Shown here one piece after another: positions 46,413 to 57,842 of a stretch of DNA of 64,000 bases (its first letter is position 1; every line of letters begins with the position of its first letter). The stretch is from positions 2,046,001-2,110,000 of the forward strand of contig OX337229.1 of NCBI GenBank assembly GCA_946965045.2, given 5' to 3'. The DNA comes from Epithemia pelagica (taxonomy: Eukaryota; Protista; Bacillariophyta). The translations under genes were made by a program, and so were the position numbers. Below the pieces are notes generated by a model that did not search any database, had not been told where the DNA came from, and saw nothing but the letters and a program-made list of their open reading frames with translations.

Positions 46413-47487
46413 ACAAAAAGGGGGGATGTCTTTGTCCTTTTCCCTATGTACCACCACGAAAAGCGAGAATTGTTCGATAACCCCTTGGTGGGATGGAAGG
46501 GTGGTGGTGTGGGTCAGTTAACGTTGGGCGAGTTGTCCAGCGATCTATTATTTGTGTGCACGGGAATCGCTGCACGCGCGCGAAAAGCCCTACTGAATTG
46601 ACGATAATAGTCGCCAAGGCCCATGGTTGTTTAGCGGAATTCCCCCCATTTGGGTTAAGCCTTTTCGACAATTGCCCTTAAGAAGGTTGTACCAAAAGGA
46701 ACGTTAGAGCGGGAAGGATGGCATACTTGGATTCTAAGTAAGACCAAATGACGTAATTTTACTATTGCCTGAATACCACATGCGAAGGAGGCTATTCCAA
46801 AACAAATGTATCAACGGATCGAGGGCTGTAACGCTGTCACATTTTGGGGAAGGTTGTCTGAAAGACAGACAAGCCATCAAGACCATGACATCTGCCATCC
46901 ACACGAGATCGCGCACCTTGACCGACTGGAACCACATCGCCATTGGAGGAGGGTCGACGCCCACCCTTACAGAGATGACACTGCCTGACACAACTCTCTG
47001 CGGGTATAAGAGAGAAATGGCGACGCTTCGCACATGGTTCCACGTTTTATGTTCATCTACATCCCTGAGGATCCCCATGGCGCACTTTCTACAATTTGTG
47101 CTGTCTCTCGTTCTCGTGTCTCTAATCTTCTGGTTGAGTTTGCCGTTCCCAATCGTGGAAAACAAGAACAAAATGTCAACTATCTACGACAGAAATTAGT
47201 GTGAGGATTCCATAACCCAGAAACATTTCTCTTTTTGCCATGAGACAAAAATAATAATGGTACCATGAATCTTGAGCAAAGCAATGTCGGCGAGTGCTGG
47301 GATCCAAAGACCACAGACGGCATATCCAATGGGTATGTGAAATAAAGAAAGAGTTGTAATAGACATGTCTCCTTCACCAACGAGGGTGTACCAGAAATGT
47401 GGTCGATCTATTTCTGAAACAACCATGTCCCATCCAATTCAATACAAAATCTGCCATCGTCGTTGGTATAACCAACTTTCCCATCAT

Positions 47488-48351
47488 TCACCCGCTTCCA
47501 CGAGCAAACAAGTTGTCTGCCTTTTCTTGTTCCGAGAGTTCCACAGCAGGTTGTGTAAATATGCTGTCCAATACATGGTTCGCCCGCTTTGTCGGGCCAC
47601 TACAGGAGGACGAGGACCCCAAAGTTTCTGTTTTGGAGGATTTCAAAGCCGGTTCATCCGTGGCATCTTTCCTCTTCTTTTTTCGTTTCTTTTGGCTCCG
47701 GACTAAAGCCTGGTGCTGGGTACGAATTGCTTCCAGTTCGTCTCCATGGGGAAGCAATCGAATGGAATGTGTGGCGGGACCGTATTCCTGATCCACAGCT
47801 TTTTGGCCCAATTCTTGAATGGCCCTGACACTCACCACATTGGGAATACCGGGAGATCCTGGAACAAAGACTACCGCTGGTACCATTCCATTCAATTCCG
47901 TGCCTCGAACGGGACACGTGGCCACCAAGGAACTCTCCTCGTCGTGACCCGTTTTCAAGGAAAAAGAACTCGACCGACCCCAATGAAACCGAACCGAATG
48001 CAAATCTTTGAGTCCTCGAATATGTTCGATTCGTGCATCGTTGGTTTTGCCTTGTCGTTGCTGCAAGAGGGCTTGCACAATGGCTTCCCGATTGTACAGT
48101 CGACCGTACGGGCAAATTACCACTTGGTCTTGTTGTTGTTGTTGTTGCTTGTTAGTTTCTTGTTTACTCGGAGAAAGCAACAAGGGTTGTTGACTAATGG
48201 TACACAATTTCATGGCAAGCGCTTGTTCCTCCTTTAGTACGGAAGGATCGGCGGCATTTGTTTCTTGGACGGCATCTCCCGTCTTGTCACCCGCACCAGC
48301 ACCCCGCAAATACCGGCGATTCTTGGGGATCACTCCACCATCCCCACCCAT
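47488..48351 (-). CDS. RTF2: Replication termination factor 2 (Rtf2 RING-like)
   Basis: MGGDGGVIP..R, C.ISQQPL, CPYGRLYNREAIV..LL, HIRGLKDL, CPV.G.ELNG; ATG at 48351. Confidence 0.88.
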   Translation of the reverse strand: MGGDGGVIPKNRRYLRGAGAGDKTGDAVQETNAADPSVLKEEQALAMKLCTISQQPLLLSPSKQETNKQQQQQQDQVVICPYGRLYNREAIVQALLQQRQGKTNDARIEHIRGLKDLHSVRFHWGRSSSFSLKTGHDEESSLVATCPVRGTELNGMVPAVVFVPGSPGIPNVVSVRAIQELGQKAVDQEYGPATHSIRLLPHGDELEAIRTQHQALVRSQKKRKKKRKDATDEPALKSSKTETLGSSSSCSGPTKRANHVLDSIFTQPAVELSEQEKADNLFARGSG

Positions 48352-48816
48352 GATACTAGTACCACAACCAATTGGATACCCACACCACCTCTTTCTGAAA
48401 GGAGTAGCCGCCACTCCAGAGTGTTTGTTCGATCCCAGAGACAACAAGGGAGAGGGACGCCGTTGTTGTGTTCTTCGATATTCGACTTGGAACTTTTGGA
48501 ACTGACCACTGACCACAGCAACGTGGGGGTGTGGGGCATGGACAGACCGTTCGTGAAGCGCTGGGGTGTATCAATCCGGTCCCGTACGACGACTCAGCTA
48601 TATTTTGCTACCACACGATCGTGTCACGAGGCCAATCCACGGACCAAAACGACTGCCTTGATTCGTTCCGCATGTTTCGAGTTTCGACATGGGTTTGGTT
48701 AGATTCCATACATACACCATAAACCATTGCTTCCTTTCATTAAAGCAGAGTGGGAGGAAAATCCTGGACACAGTTTCATCCAAGCGAGCGATTTGGAACA
48801 GTACCATCATCCCACC

Positions 48817-49212
48817 ATGAGCCGATCACTTGCCAGTCCAGTTCCGGATTTGTTTTTGGAAACTCCGCCCACGAGTCCTGCCGACTCGTCTCATCAGTCG
48901 ACCGACGACGCTGGAGACTCGAGCAGTACTTCGAGCAGTGATCCGGCCTTGGACAAGCGGCAGCTGCAGCAGCAAGAGGAATCCATTCGTCAAGCCACAA
49001 CGTGGTTGTCCCATGGCGTGACCGTCATTTCTCCCGACAAGCCCCTGGGAAAAAAGGCCGAAAGCTCTCGGCGGCCCTCCAAACCGGCCCATGGCAACAG
49101 TGACTGGAACGACCCCGAAACCATTGCGGGAATGAAGAGTGGACTGGATATGGAACGAGAACGGATTGCCCGAGCCCGCGTCAATCGAATGCTCCAATCC
49201 GGTCTCTTGTAA
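48817..49212 (+). CDS. Small hypothetical protein (131 aa), paralogous to the C-terminus of the downstream gene
   Basis: CCACC-ATG context; C-terminal GMKSGLDMERERIARAR motif shared with 50004-52436. Confidence 0.7.
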   Translation: MSRSLASPVPDLFLETPPTSPADSSHQSTDDAGDSSSTSSSDPALDKRQLQQQEESIRQATTWLSHGVTVISPDKPLGKKAESSRRPSKPAHGNSDWNDPETIAGMKSGLDMERERIARARVNRMLQSGLL

Positions 49213-50003
49213 AAAGACAGAGGGAGCGGAGCAATTCCACGATGCACACACACACACACATACGACACATACTCCTCATACACACACTGGTTTGTAGGAC
49301 CGTCCACCAACAACACACATTTAGAGTTTCTGATCCACCACCCTACTAGACAAAATGACTTTATAAAATTAATAACAACGGAGCCAATGGCTCTCGATAC
49401 ACACATCTTCTTCTTTTTACCTCGATGCGATGCCCCTCAATTTTTCCTACTGTAGAAATAGGGCGATGAGTCACTCTATTTTCTTCATGCATTACGGGAG
49501 ATGAGTCTTTCATTCATTTTCCTCCCTCAGTCGAAGAGGTGACACGCCGGACCAAACAACATATTGTACATGATATAATGAGAAATCGCTATTCCATTGT
49601 CCTGCAGGGGGTGCCAAAGCGTGACAACAAGAAGACTTAGAATCATAGAGTGGATTCACCCGGCGCGACCAATGTTCACAGGAATGAAGACTTATGGGCT
49701 ATAGTAGAATAGTACGAGTAATATCAACTTTTGTTTCGTAACTCTACAAAAATCAATGTCCCCTTTGGACAGGCTTAACTGGAACGATCCAACGGATCGA
49801 TCGTCTCATTTTTTGAATTCTCGTAAAAAGGGTTCCTCGAACCGACAGGTTGAGGAATCCATAGTCCACAGAGGATCCATAATACTCTCTGCAAAAGAGA
49901 TTATCTTCTTGTCCTTTCGAGACAAGCACATCATTCGATTGTCATTCATCACCAAGATCTCAAAGAAGAAGAAGAACGAACCTAGTTGACGAGAACAAGC
50001 AAG

Positions 50004-52436
50004 ATGGAGGACGTACCGCCGCTGCAACAAGAGGAACAAGCCAACCACAAGGCGGCTGTGGCAGATCCGTTTGCCTTTATTGCGAATCATACCAACCTTG
50101 GACCCAAGCCATCCGAAACTCCATCGTCACCGCCGCCACCACCTCCCAAATCAACCGTTGATAGTCGAGCTCCTCTGAGCTACTTGCAAGCCCGCAACAG
50201 TCTCTCACTATCGTCTTCTTCTTCTTCTTCTTCTTCTTCTTCTTCTTCTTCTGTGCGACGACCGTCCATGTCCTCACCCCCCAGCACGACCGAAGAATCA
50301 ACCACCACCACCGACCATGGACTATCGCTTCCGGACCCCCAGACTGTGATGCAATCGTTTGCTTCTCCAAAGATGGCACCAAGCGTGACAAATGCTCACC
50401 CTCACAGGATGACGATGATGATGAACAACAACAACAACAACAACGTGACTGGTTACAACCCAGCACTTGTCATGGGCGATTCCACCTCGTACCAACGTCC
50501 TTCCTTTGCTTCTGCCACTCCACCAGTGGGAATGGCACTGTCGCAACCGAGCGAATCCGTTCCCCTACCAGGAGTCATGGCGGCTCCCCCGGTCCTCCCG
50601 CCAATCGTTCCCGAAGCAAAGAGTGGTGTCGAGTCATTCTCCGTCGTGCCACCATCTATCGAAGCTGCACCACCAGCCGTGGAGCAACTAAACACCCAGG
50701 CCACGACTGGAGCCGCAGTGGAACCCACCCCTGTGGTTCCTCCTCCACCAGCCGCCCCCGTAACTCTGCAGGCTGCCACCTTTTCCATGGCTCCTCCTCC
50801 TCCTCCTCCTCCAAGTGGTGCGACACTACTGGCTCCCACACTGGCTCCCCCACCTACACCGTCGGACCTTTCCATCACTACTCCTACCAATACCGAGGCT
50901 CTTTCCTTGTCGTTGGGAGAAACCGTGCAAAACCAGCCCATGGTCCATCCAACCGTGCCAGTTCCAGCTCCCGTCTCGGCGGCAACCGAAAAGGCACTCT
51001 CCCTGTTTGGTGAAACGATCCACCAGCAAGACTACTACAAGGATCCCTCCCATCAGAATGCAAAACCAGAGGAGGGTTCTTCCCCACCACCGGCAGCAGT
51101 GCCGCCGCAAGGACAAGCTCCCGTCATTCCGGCGTCTCTGGCTACCCAAAAGGCCTTGCCCCTCTTGAGTGAAGCGGTTCACAACCAAGACCCGCCACAC
51201 GACGAGACACAACCAGTATCTCCTCCTTTGCATCCATCACCGCCTCCCTCCAGGACCATGCCGGAACAGCCCAAAATTTCGCCAACGGCCGAAAAAGCCT
51301 TGTCCCTGTTTGGAGAAACGATCCACCAGCAGCCCTATTATGCCGAGGTTCCAGATCATGGTACACCCCACGGCACAGTCTCACCTCCTCCTCCGCCAGC
51401 GCAACAAGGATTGCAGACATTGACTGTCCCCACCAGTACTTTGTTGGAGAATGCCTCGTTGGAGCAGCCGTCCGAGTCGGTGACACTGGAAACTGCCGCG
51501 ACCCCGCCCGCTCCCGAAACCCTCCCGACGACACCGGAAAGCACTGCTCCCACAAATGAACCCAAGGAAGATGTGGTGGCATCTCCTCCTCCCACTCCGG
51601 TTGCTCCCCAATACGCAACGCCACTTGCTCCGGAACCGCAAGGCACGGCCACCACGACGCTGCCCTCGAGCGGACACTCGGTTCCCCATCCGTCCTCCTC
51701 CTACTATGCACAGAATGGGGAAAGCAAGGAAGAATTGTCTCCTCCCTCCTCGCCGCAAACCGTGCCAGTCCTCTGTGGTGCCGTCCCTGTTTCCATGGAA
51801 CAGGCCATGGCCTTGTTTGGTCAAGCCTTGCAGAATCAGCCCTACTACGGCAACAACTACAATGAAAGCAAGGAGGAATTCACCCCTCCGTCGTCGCCCG
51901 CTCAAGGGCCGCCACAGCCGCAGCAACAACAGCAGCCTCCCGCACCAAGGGCGGACAAGGCCATGCCCACATTGGCCGAACCAACCGTGCCACCGCCGAA
52001 ACCGGCGACTGCCCCACCCACGGAGGAACCCACCGCCGTGTCGGCCCCGGCCACTCCCGAGGCCGCAGTCCCACCACAACCCGCAGCGCCAGTGCCAGTC
52101 CCCCCATCGTCTCAGGCACCGTCCCCGCAGGCACCTCCTTTGGTGCGACCTGCACCACGTCCCAGTCGATTTGTGGCGCGGCCGACCAAGGACTGGAAGG
52201 CCATGGATCGTGCCATGACCTTGTTTGGGGAGACCATTCATGAACACCCCAATCAAGAAGAAGAAGAAGAAGACGCTCCCCCCAAACTGGCGGAAACATC
52301 GCGCAAACTCAAGACTCGTCGTCCACCGGAACCGGACACTAGTTTTGTGGGCATGAAGAGTCAGTTGGACTTGGATCGAGAGAAAAAGGCTCGCGCGAAG
52401 GCACTTATTTTACTGGAAGCGGGCACCATGTTTTGA
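50004..52436 (+). CDS. Pro/Ser/Thr-rich protein (810 aa) with six dispersed KALSLFGETIHQQ-type repeats
   Basis: Long ORF with internal repeats and a conserved C-terminus GMKSQLDLDREKKARAK. Confidence 0.8.
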   Translation: MEDVPPLQQEEQANHKAAVADPFAFIANHTNLGPKPSETPSSPPPPPPKSTVDSRAPLSYLQARNSLSLSSSSSSSSSSSSSSVRRPSMSSPPSTTEESTTTTDHGLSLPDPQTVMQSFASPKMAPSVTNAHPHRMTMMMNNNNNNNVTGYNPALVMGDSTSYQRPSFASATPPVGMALSQPSESVPLPGVMAAPPVLPPIVPEAKSGVESFSVVPPSIEAAPPAVEQLNTQATTGAAVEPTPVVPPPPAAPVTLQAATFSMAPPPPPPPSGATLLAPTLAPPPTPSDLSITTPTNTEALSLSLGETVQNQPMVHPTVPVPAPVSAATEKALSLFGETIHQQDYYKDPSHQNAKPEEGSSPPPAAVPPQGQAPVIPASLATQKALPLLSEAVHNQDPPHDETQPVSPPLHPSPPPSRTMPEQPKISPTAEKALSLFGETIHQQPYYAEVPDHGTPHGTVSPPPPPAQQGLQTLTVPTSTLLENASLEQPSESVTLETAATPPAPETLPTTPESTAPTNEPKEDVVASPPPTPVAPQYATPLAPEPQGTATTTLPSSGHSVPHPSSSYYAQNGESKEELSPPSSPQTVPVLCGAVPVSMEQAMALFGQALQNQPYYGNNYNESKEEFTPPSSPAQGPPQPQQQQQPPAPRADKAMPTLAEPTVPPPKPATAPPTEEPTAVSAPATPEAAVPPQPAAPVPVPPSSQAPSPQAPPLVRPAPRPSRFVARPTKDWKAMDRAMTLFGETIHEHPNQEEEEEDAPPKLAETSRKLKTRRPPEPDTSFVGMKSQLDLDREKKARAKALILLEAGTMF
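50214..50252 (+). repeat. (TCT)13 microsatellite encoding poly-Ser
   Basis: 13 perfect TCT units in frame. Confidence 0.95.
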
Positions 52437-52804
52437 TGTGCTTCCTAGATCATGCTTCTATTCGTATTTGCACACAACTGCCCGTGTTTTGATATTATCC
52501 ATGGACCAGAACCACTGGAATGTTTAGCAACCTTGACCAACCGTTATTTCATGTGTGTCTTCATCCCTTATTATGCTTCATCCCTTATTATGCTTCTCAT
52601 GATGGATGTGTGGCCGTGATTAGAAAGAACCTTTCAACAAGAGATAATAACCTTTATACCAATGACCAGTCTTTTTCTCGTAGGACAACACTGTCACATC
52701 GAGCTAGACCAAGGCTTGTTCTTCCAGTCATTGGTCACGGCCTTGAAAAAAAATGACTTCACCATACCACCGTCATGGGTCGCCCTTGTCCTTTTGGGCG
52801 TCGA

Positions 52805-54157
52805 CTACAGTGCCGCACTGGAGGTGCTGGAGGATGTCGTGACCGCTAATTCTTGTTCTTGGGCGGCAGCTTCTCGGTCCAATTGAGCATTTCGTTCATC
52901 AATGTAGGCGATCCAGTCATTGCTGGGACTACTACTCGTACTACTACTGTGCCGTGCGGACGACGACGCCACGGGGTACTCCTCCTCGTGGGAAGGATCG
53001 TGCCATTCCTCCATCGTTCCACTGGTCGTCGAGTCGGGACTTGTTGTTGTTGTTGTTGTTGTTGCCGTGGTAGTAGAGGCGGAGGCCGACCCATTCCAAT
53101 ACTCCATGGAGTCCAACAAAAAAGTGAGCAACCAGGGCTCATCTCGCGTCATTGCGGTTGTTGTTGTATTATTGTCATGCATGGCAGTGGTACTTTGCGA
53201 TTCACCGCGAGACGAAAACAAGGTGTTGGGAAGGCCGTGGGGATCGTGTCTCCAACTGTGACCAAATTTCAAAAAGTGATAATGATCATCGTCTTCGAGA
53301 TCGTCGTCATCGTCCTGTGACGAATACTGATAATGACTGGGAGGAGGAGGAGAAGGAATCGTCGGTGCACTACTATTCTGTAGAGTTTCCACGTGGCTGA
53401 CTCTGGGTCGCGGCAAGTACCCCTTGCACAGGGCCGTCAAGGCTTCTTCCACCACGTCGACGCAATGGGTATGGGTGACGGGCAATCCCTGCGCTCTCAG
53501 GACACTCCGTACAAAGGCCCGGGACGATCGTGTCGACCGAAATTCCAGGCTGCTTTGCAAGCCATGCCAGGTTTGTTGTTGGTGTATCATGTGGTGCAAG
53601 GAGGCTTGGGACAAGGCATGCAAGGTATGGCACGGACAGTCTTGGACCAGGGGACGTCCGTGTCGTGTCATTTGAACCATGATAGGTGATGATGACGACG
53701 AGGATGACGACGGAGTGGTGACCAATTGTTTGGCATGATAGGAAACTTGTTCAATGGTCCCCGTCGTGGTATCCACCGTGGCTTCAAATCGTACCACACA
53801 GGCACAGGTGGGGGAACATTGTTGTCCCCAGGCCAACTTGCCACCATTCTCCTTCTTGTTGTGGTTGTGGTTGGTAGGGATGGTCGTTCTCCTTGTGGAA
53901 TCCAAACGCCACGAGTCTCGTGACACGACGGTCGTCGTAGGAGGATTGGTGGGCGTCGAGGGTGATGGGATTCTGTCATACTTCGTTGGAGCTGTAGTAG
54001 TAGTAGCATTGTCACCACAGCGTCGATCGAGTTTGCGGCGCAGTTTGACGACCGTCCTCGAACCAGCAGCACCAGAAGAAGAAGGAGTCTGCTTAGAACC
54101 AGCGGCAGGTCCCACCAAGGATCGTACGGTAGGGTGCTGGTACAACAAAAATCTCAT
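52805..54157 (-). CDS. Divergent IscU/NifU-N-fold protein with Arg-rich presequence and low-complexity acidic tail (450 aa)
   Basis: GQQCSPTCACVVRFEATVDTTTGTIEQVSY aligns with IscU G...PACGDVM...KVD..TG.I....F; GLPVTHTHCVDVVEEALTAL aligns with LPPVKLHCSMLAEDAIKAA. Confidence 0.65.
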   Translation of the reverse strand: MRFLLYQHPTVRSLVGPAAGSKQTPSSSGAAGSRTVVKLRRKLDRRCGDNATTTTAPTKYDRIPSPSTPTNPPTTTVVSRDSWRLDSTRRTTIPTNHNHNKKENGGKLAWGQQCSPTCACVVRFEATVDTTTGTIEQVSYHAKQLVTTPSSSSSSSSPIMVQMTRHGRPLVQDCPCHTLHALSQASLHHMIHQQQTWHGLQSSLEFRSTRSSRAFVRSVLRAQGLPVTHTHCVDVVEEALTALCKGYLPRPRVSHVETLQNSSAPTIPSPPPPSHYQYSSQDDDDDLEDDDHYHFLKFGHSWRHDPHGLPNTLFSSRGESQSTTAMHDNNTTTTAMTRDEPWLLTFLLDSMEYWNGSASASTTTATTTTTTTSPDSTTSGTMEEWHDPSHEEEYPVASSSARHSSSTSSSPSNDWIAYIDERNAQLDREAAAQEQELAVTTSSSTSSAAL

Positions 54158-54822
54158 TGTCGTCGTTGGCGGCTCTCTAGAATTCACACAAGTGGGCCCG
54201 GAACCAGAACAAAACAATGGATGGGGAAACACGAACCTTGGATTCTGTACAGAATCATTGATACTGGTACTTTCCGAATTACAGTATTACGTCATGGTCG
54301 TGGTCGTGATGTGGACCACGACGGTTGACGTGGTTCACTTGCGTCATCCATGTCGCATCGACGTATCTGCCGCGATTGCGCAATCTCAGAGGTCGCGTTA
54401 AGTGGTCGCTTAAACACTGACGAGTCGCGTTGGGAACGCGCGGTATCGACAGCTGGGATCTTTTCCCCGCAATCATCTTTTTTATGGTTCCATACCATTG
54501 GTCTCTTTGAAGAAGATACAACAACAAACAACAACACAAGGTCATAGCTTGCTGCTCCTTGATTAGATACTCTCTCGTCCTCTTTCACTTTCATCTTTCC
54601 CCAGAGTCGGCATGGCCATGACGAGTTGGTTGTTGTTCATGAAGGACTAAACGCGTAGAGTTCCCCAATCGATCATCATTGGTTGCCTACGGTGATTTCT
54701 GGTTTTGTGGCTGCTGCTGTTGGGCCAAGCATTGAGCGACCTGACCTGTCTACGCAAGACTTTCTTTCTCCTTCTCTTTGTCGTCGTCGTCCTTGACAAG
54801 GATTGACCACACACAATCCCAA

Positions 54823-57429
54823 ATGTCAACCTTGACGACCATCATTCTTCGACGACGACGACCACACGGTTTCGTCGGCACGAATGCTGCTGTCGTGACT
54901 GCAGGAAAAAGGGAACTGGGACAACGTTCCGTTTCGGTAAATTCTTTGTATCCAACGAATCGAGTGTTGCAATGCCGACACGGACCGTTTGGTGCACCAA
55001 CGATTTGTGCCCCATCGTTGCGTGCCTTTTCGACACAACCACAACCAGACGATGTTCGGGATCCATTCCAACGACGACGCCAACTATCTATTGGGAAATG
55101 GAGGACCTTTGCGTCGTCTCAAACAAAAGTGTCGTCCCAGGAACCGCCAGCAGTCGACACTGCCGACGCACCATCCCAGTCCAAAACATCAAAAGTCAAG
55201 AGCAAGGGTGCGAAACCGAAGCAAACTACCACTAGCACTGCGACCAAGAACCACAACAGCAAATCCAGTACAACGACATCCTTTCAGGAAACGCAACGGC
55301 AACTTCGGATTCGGCGTCACACCAAGTATTGGAAAGATCATTGGCAATTTTGCCGTCCGGCAACCACCCTGGACCATGACGACACGGACGGCCATTGTCG
55401 AACGCTCCATGCCATTCAATCCTTTTTGGATGCCATGATGCAACAGGGATGTCGTGTCAATGCCATGGTTTCGGCTGTTCGAAAACTGGAGGCACGAGCG
55501 CAATTGGCATTGGATTACAATCATTCGTATCATCCGGATCACGAGTCCGGGGAGGCACCACCCCGCCGTCGCCGCAACACCACTACCACCAAACGCAGTG
55601 CTCCCCCACTGGCCACGGCCTATTCCATGGGACCCCTCACGTTGGTGTTGTCCACCTTTCGGGACAGTCTCAAAGCCACAGAGGTGGAACAACAGCTCTT
55701 GGTGGATTTTGTCTGCTATTATACCGACACCGTGGACCAGGCCGACTCTGGGGATAACGAGGACAACGGTAACCCCCTTCCACATAATTCCCATCGCAAC
55801 ACCAAGAACACGAACAAGGACCCGACCCAAACATCCAGTACTACTTCGAACCACACTGAAACCAAGGAGGACCACAAGATGGCGGATATGCTGTGTCAAG
55901 TACAATATCGAGCCTTGTTTACCTCTCCACTCTATTGGGGCAAACCAACTGTCCAAGACTTGGAACAACGACGCCACAACTATCAAGCACTGACGGCCGC
56001 CGATCGACGGCAACAAGCCGTACGATTGGCCGTCCAATTGCGACGCTGCTTGCCTCGCGACTCGTATCTCCGTGTCGTGTGGTTGTGGCAAGGATATTTG
56101 GACGCGACGCGTCGAACGACCGTCGTCAATGGGTCGTCGTCGTCGTCGTCGTCGTCGCATCCTCCCTCGAATGGTACATCCGTATCCAGTACTAGGAGGA
56201 TGAAACTGAACCCCTTTGATCTTCCCATTCGACGATTGAACAAATTCTTGTGGCGTGCCACCGGGACACATTTTCATTGGGTGGCAACCAACGTTGCTCG
56301 GTTCCTCGAATGTACCCGAGTCCATCCTAGTCAAAGTGATTTGGAATATGAGCAAGAGGAGAAGGACCATGAAGATGAACCAGCCGAGACTTGGAATACT
56401 CCCAGTGATGATGATAGAGCGCTACTAGAGGACCTTGAAGTGACATCTGTGGAAAACGACCCGCTTGTGTTGAGTGCCCAGCAATCTTGGTTCCGTATCC
56501 GAGATGGAATGGCGAGAATTTTGCTGGATCTCGACGAACGATTGGTCCATTCCATTATGGAGCAGAAACAATATATTTTGACCAAAAGCGAAAAAGGAGA
56601 ACAAGTGGGTGCTGACAAGGACAATCCAGATTTCAGTATTGACGTGAGAAAACTTCGCCAAGAAACAAAGAAAAAGCGCAAGATTGAATACTCCCATTTC
56701 TCCTTTGACACCTTGCCGTTGGAGGAACCCCAGAAGCATCTACTTTTACCCAACACGGCACCACCCTTTTTGGTTCTGGTCGAAAATTTACCGATCGACG
56801 TGACAGAGGACGAACTTGAGAAATGGTACAGCCGCTGTGGAGACATCAAATCCATTTCCATTCACAATCAGCGACTCGATTTGGATCCAGGTCCTCTGTC
56901 GTCAGAGGAGATTCGAGAGCGCCGTCGTAAGGGTGCGCAACGCTCTGGTCGATGGACCAGACCTCGATCACCGGTCTATGGATTGATTCAATTTTCCGAT
57001 GAGTCGGGATACGCGAAAGCCACGCAGCCAGGTCTGAGTGTCTTTGGTATGATTGCGAAACGACATGATATCCGTACCATCCCGTCACATACGCGCCTTC
57101 ATACATTGTACATTGAACAATTGCATGATCCACTCTCCCAACCAGCCTTGTATCAACAGCAGCCTTTGTCATTATCGACCAGTTTGCATGCCAATGACGT
57201 GGAGGGTCACCTGCAGCAACTTTTGGATCCAGTATGGATCACCCTGACAAGCGGACAAGATGGCATTGGAGCTATAGGCTCGTGTGAAGTGAAATTCTCT
57301 TCTTTTGAAATGTCCTGGTGGGCCTACGAGAGACTTTGCACCCAGACAAACCTCTTTTGCCATGTACATTGGCTCCGCAGTCCAGAAAATTCGGAAGAAT
57401 GGTGGAAACGGGAAGTTGGATGCTTTTAG
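54823..57429 (+). CDS. RRM-containing protein, probably mitochondrial
   Basis: LVENLPIDVTEDELEKWYSRCGDIKSISI...YGLIQF (RNP2/RNP1) plus a second degenerate RRM; Arg-rich, acid-poor N-terminus. ATG chosen at 54823. Confidence 0.8.
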   Translation: MSTLTTIILRRRRPHGFVGTNAAVVTAGKRELGQRSVSVNSLYPTNRVLQCRHGPFGAPTICAPSLRAFSTQPQPDDVRDPFQRRRQLSIGKWRTFASSQTKVSSQEPPAVDTADAPSQSKTSKVKSKGAKPKQTTTSTATKNHNSKSSTTTSFQETQRQLRIRRHTKYWKDHWQFCRPATTLDHDDTDGHCRTLHAIQSFLDAMMQQGCRVNAMVSAVRKLEARAQLALDYNHSYHPDHESGEAPPRRRRNTTTTKRSAPPLATAYSMGPLTLVLSTFRDSLKATEVEQQLLVDFVCYYTDTVDQADSGDNEDNGNPLPHNSHRNTKNTNKDPTQTSSTTSNHTETKEDHKMADMLCQVQYRALFTSPLYWGKPTVQDLEQRRHNYQALTAADRRQQAVRLAVQLRRCLPRDSYLRVVWLWQGYLDATRRTTVVNGSSSSSSSSHPPSNGTSVSSTRRMKLNPFDLPIRRLNKFLWRATGTHFHWVATNVARFLECTRVHPSQSDLEYEQEEKDHEDEPAETWNTPSDDDRALLEDLEVTSVENDPLVLSAQQSWFRIRDGMARILLDLDERLVHSIMEQKQYILTKSEKGEQVGADKDNPDFSIDVRKLRQETKKKRKIEYSHFSFDTLPLEEPQKHLLLPNTAPPFLVLVENLPIDVTEDELEKWYSRCGDIKSISIHNQRLDLDPGPLSSEEIRERRRKGAQRSGRWTRPRSPVYGLIQFSDESGYAKATQPGLSVFGMIAKRHDIRTIPSHTRLHTLYIEQLHDPLSQPALYQQQPLSLSTSLHANDVEGHLQQLLDPVWITLTSGQDGIGAIGSCEVKFSSFEMSWWAYERLCTQTNLFCHVHWLRSPENSEEWWKREVGCF

Positions 57430-57842
57430 GAAAACTGTACAAGACAATTACTCCTGTCCCTAGCCAGCCATGGAGGAAGTATGGTTCCATCATACCAGAA
57501 AGACATTTCCACCTATCTGCTTCAGGCGATGGAACAAATGTTTTCGATTGGGCCAAACTGTATCCTACCGGTAGCTACCGCAAAAGTTGGTCATTGTCAT
57601 GCTCCGGTAGAAAAGGATAGGGTCGTACTCCTACGACTATTTCAATATTCACGAAAGTATTGGATGCACTGCAGTTGTTTTTGCTTGGATAAAGTTTGTA
57701 TATGGAGCACATGATAGTTTTCGCCAGGGATTCTCTATTGGTTTGAGGAAAATTTATAATGTACTGCGTTATGGCGACCGAATCATTCTCGTCGCTTTGA
57801 AGTTGAATGCATTATTCACCAAATGGTTTGAATGTTTTTGGA

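Noticed and set aside
46578-46585. E2F-like TTTCGCGC on minus (also near 499-506)
   Set aside because: 8-mer expected by chance at this scale; no supporting context.
46734-47426. Several 60-145 aa ORFs between the TPR and RTF2 genes
   Set aside because: No motifs, overlapping on both strands, no consistent gene structure.
49756-49989. Intergenic ORF with WNDP and EESI words echoing the small paralogue
   Set aside because: Words are in reversed order and only about 10 nt long; likely coincidence.
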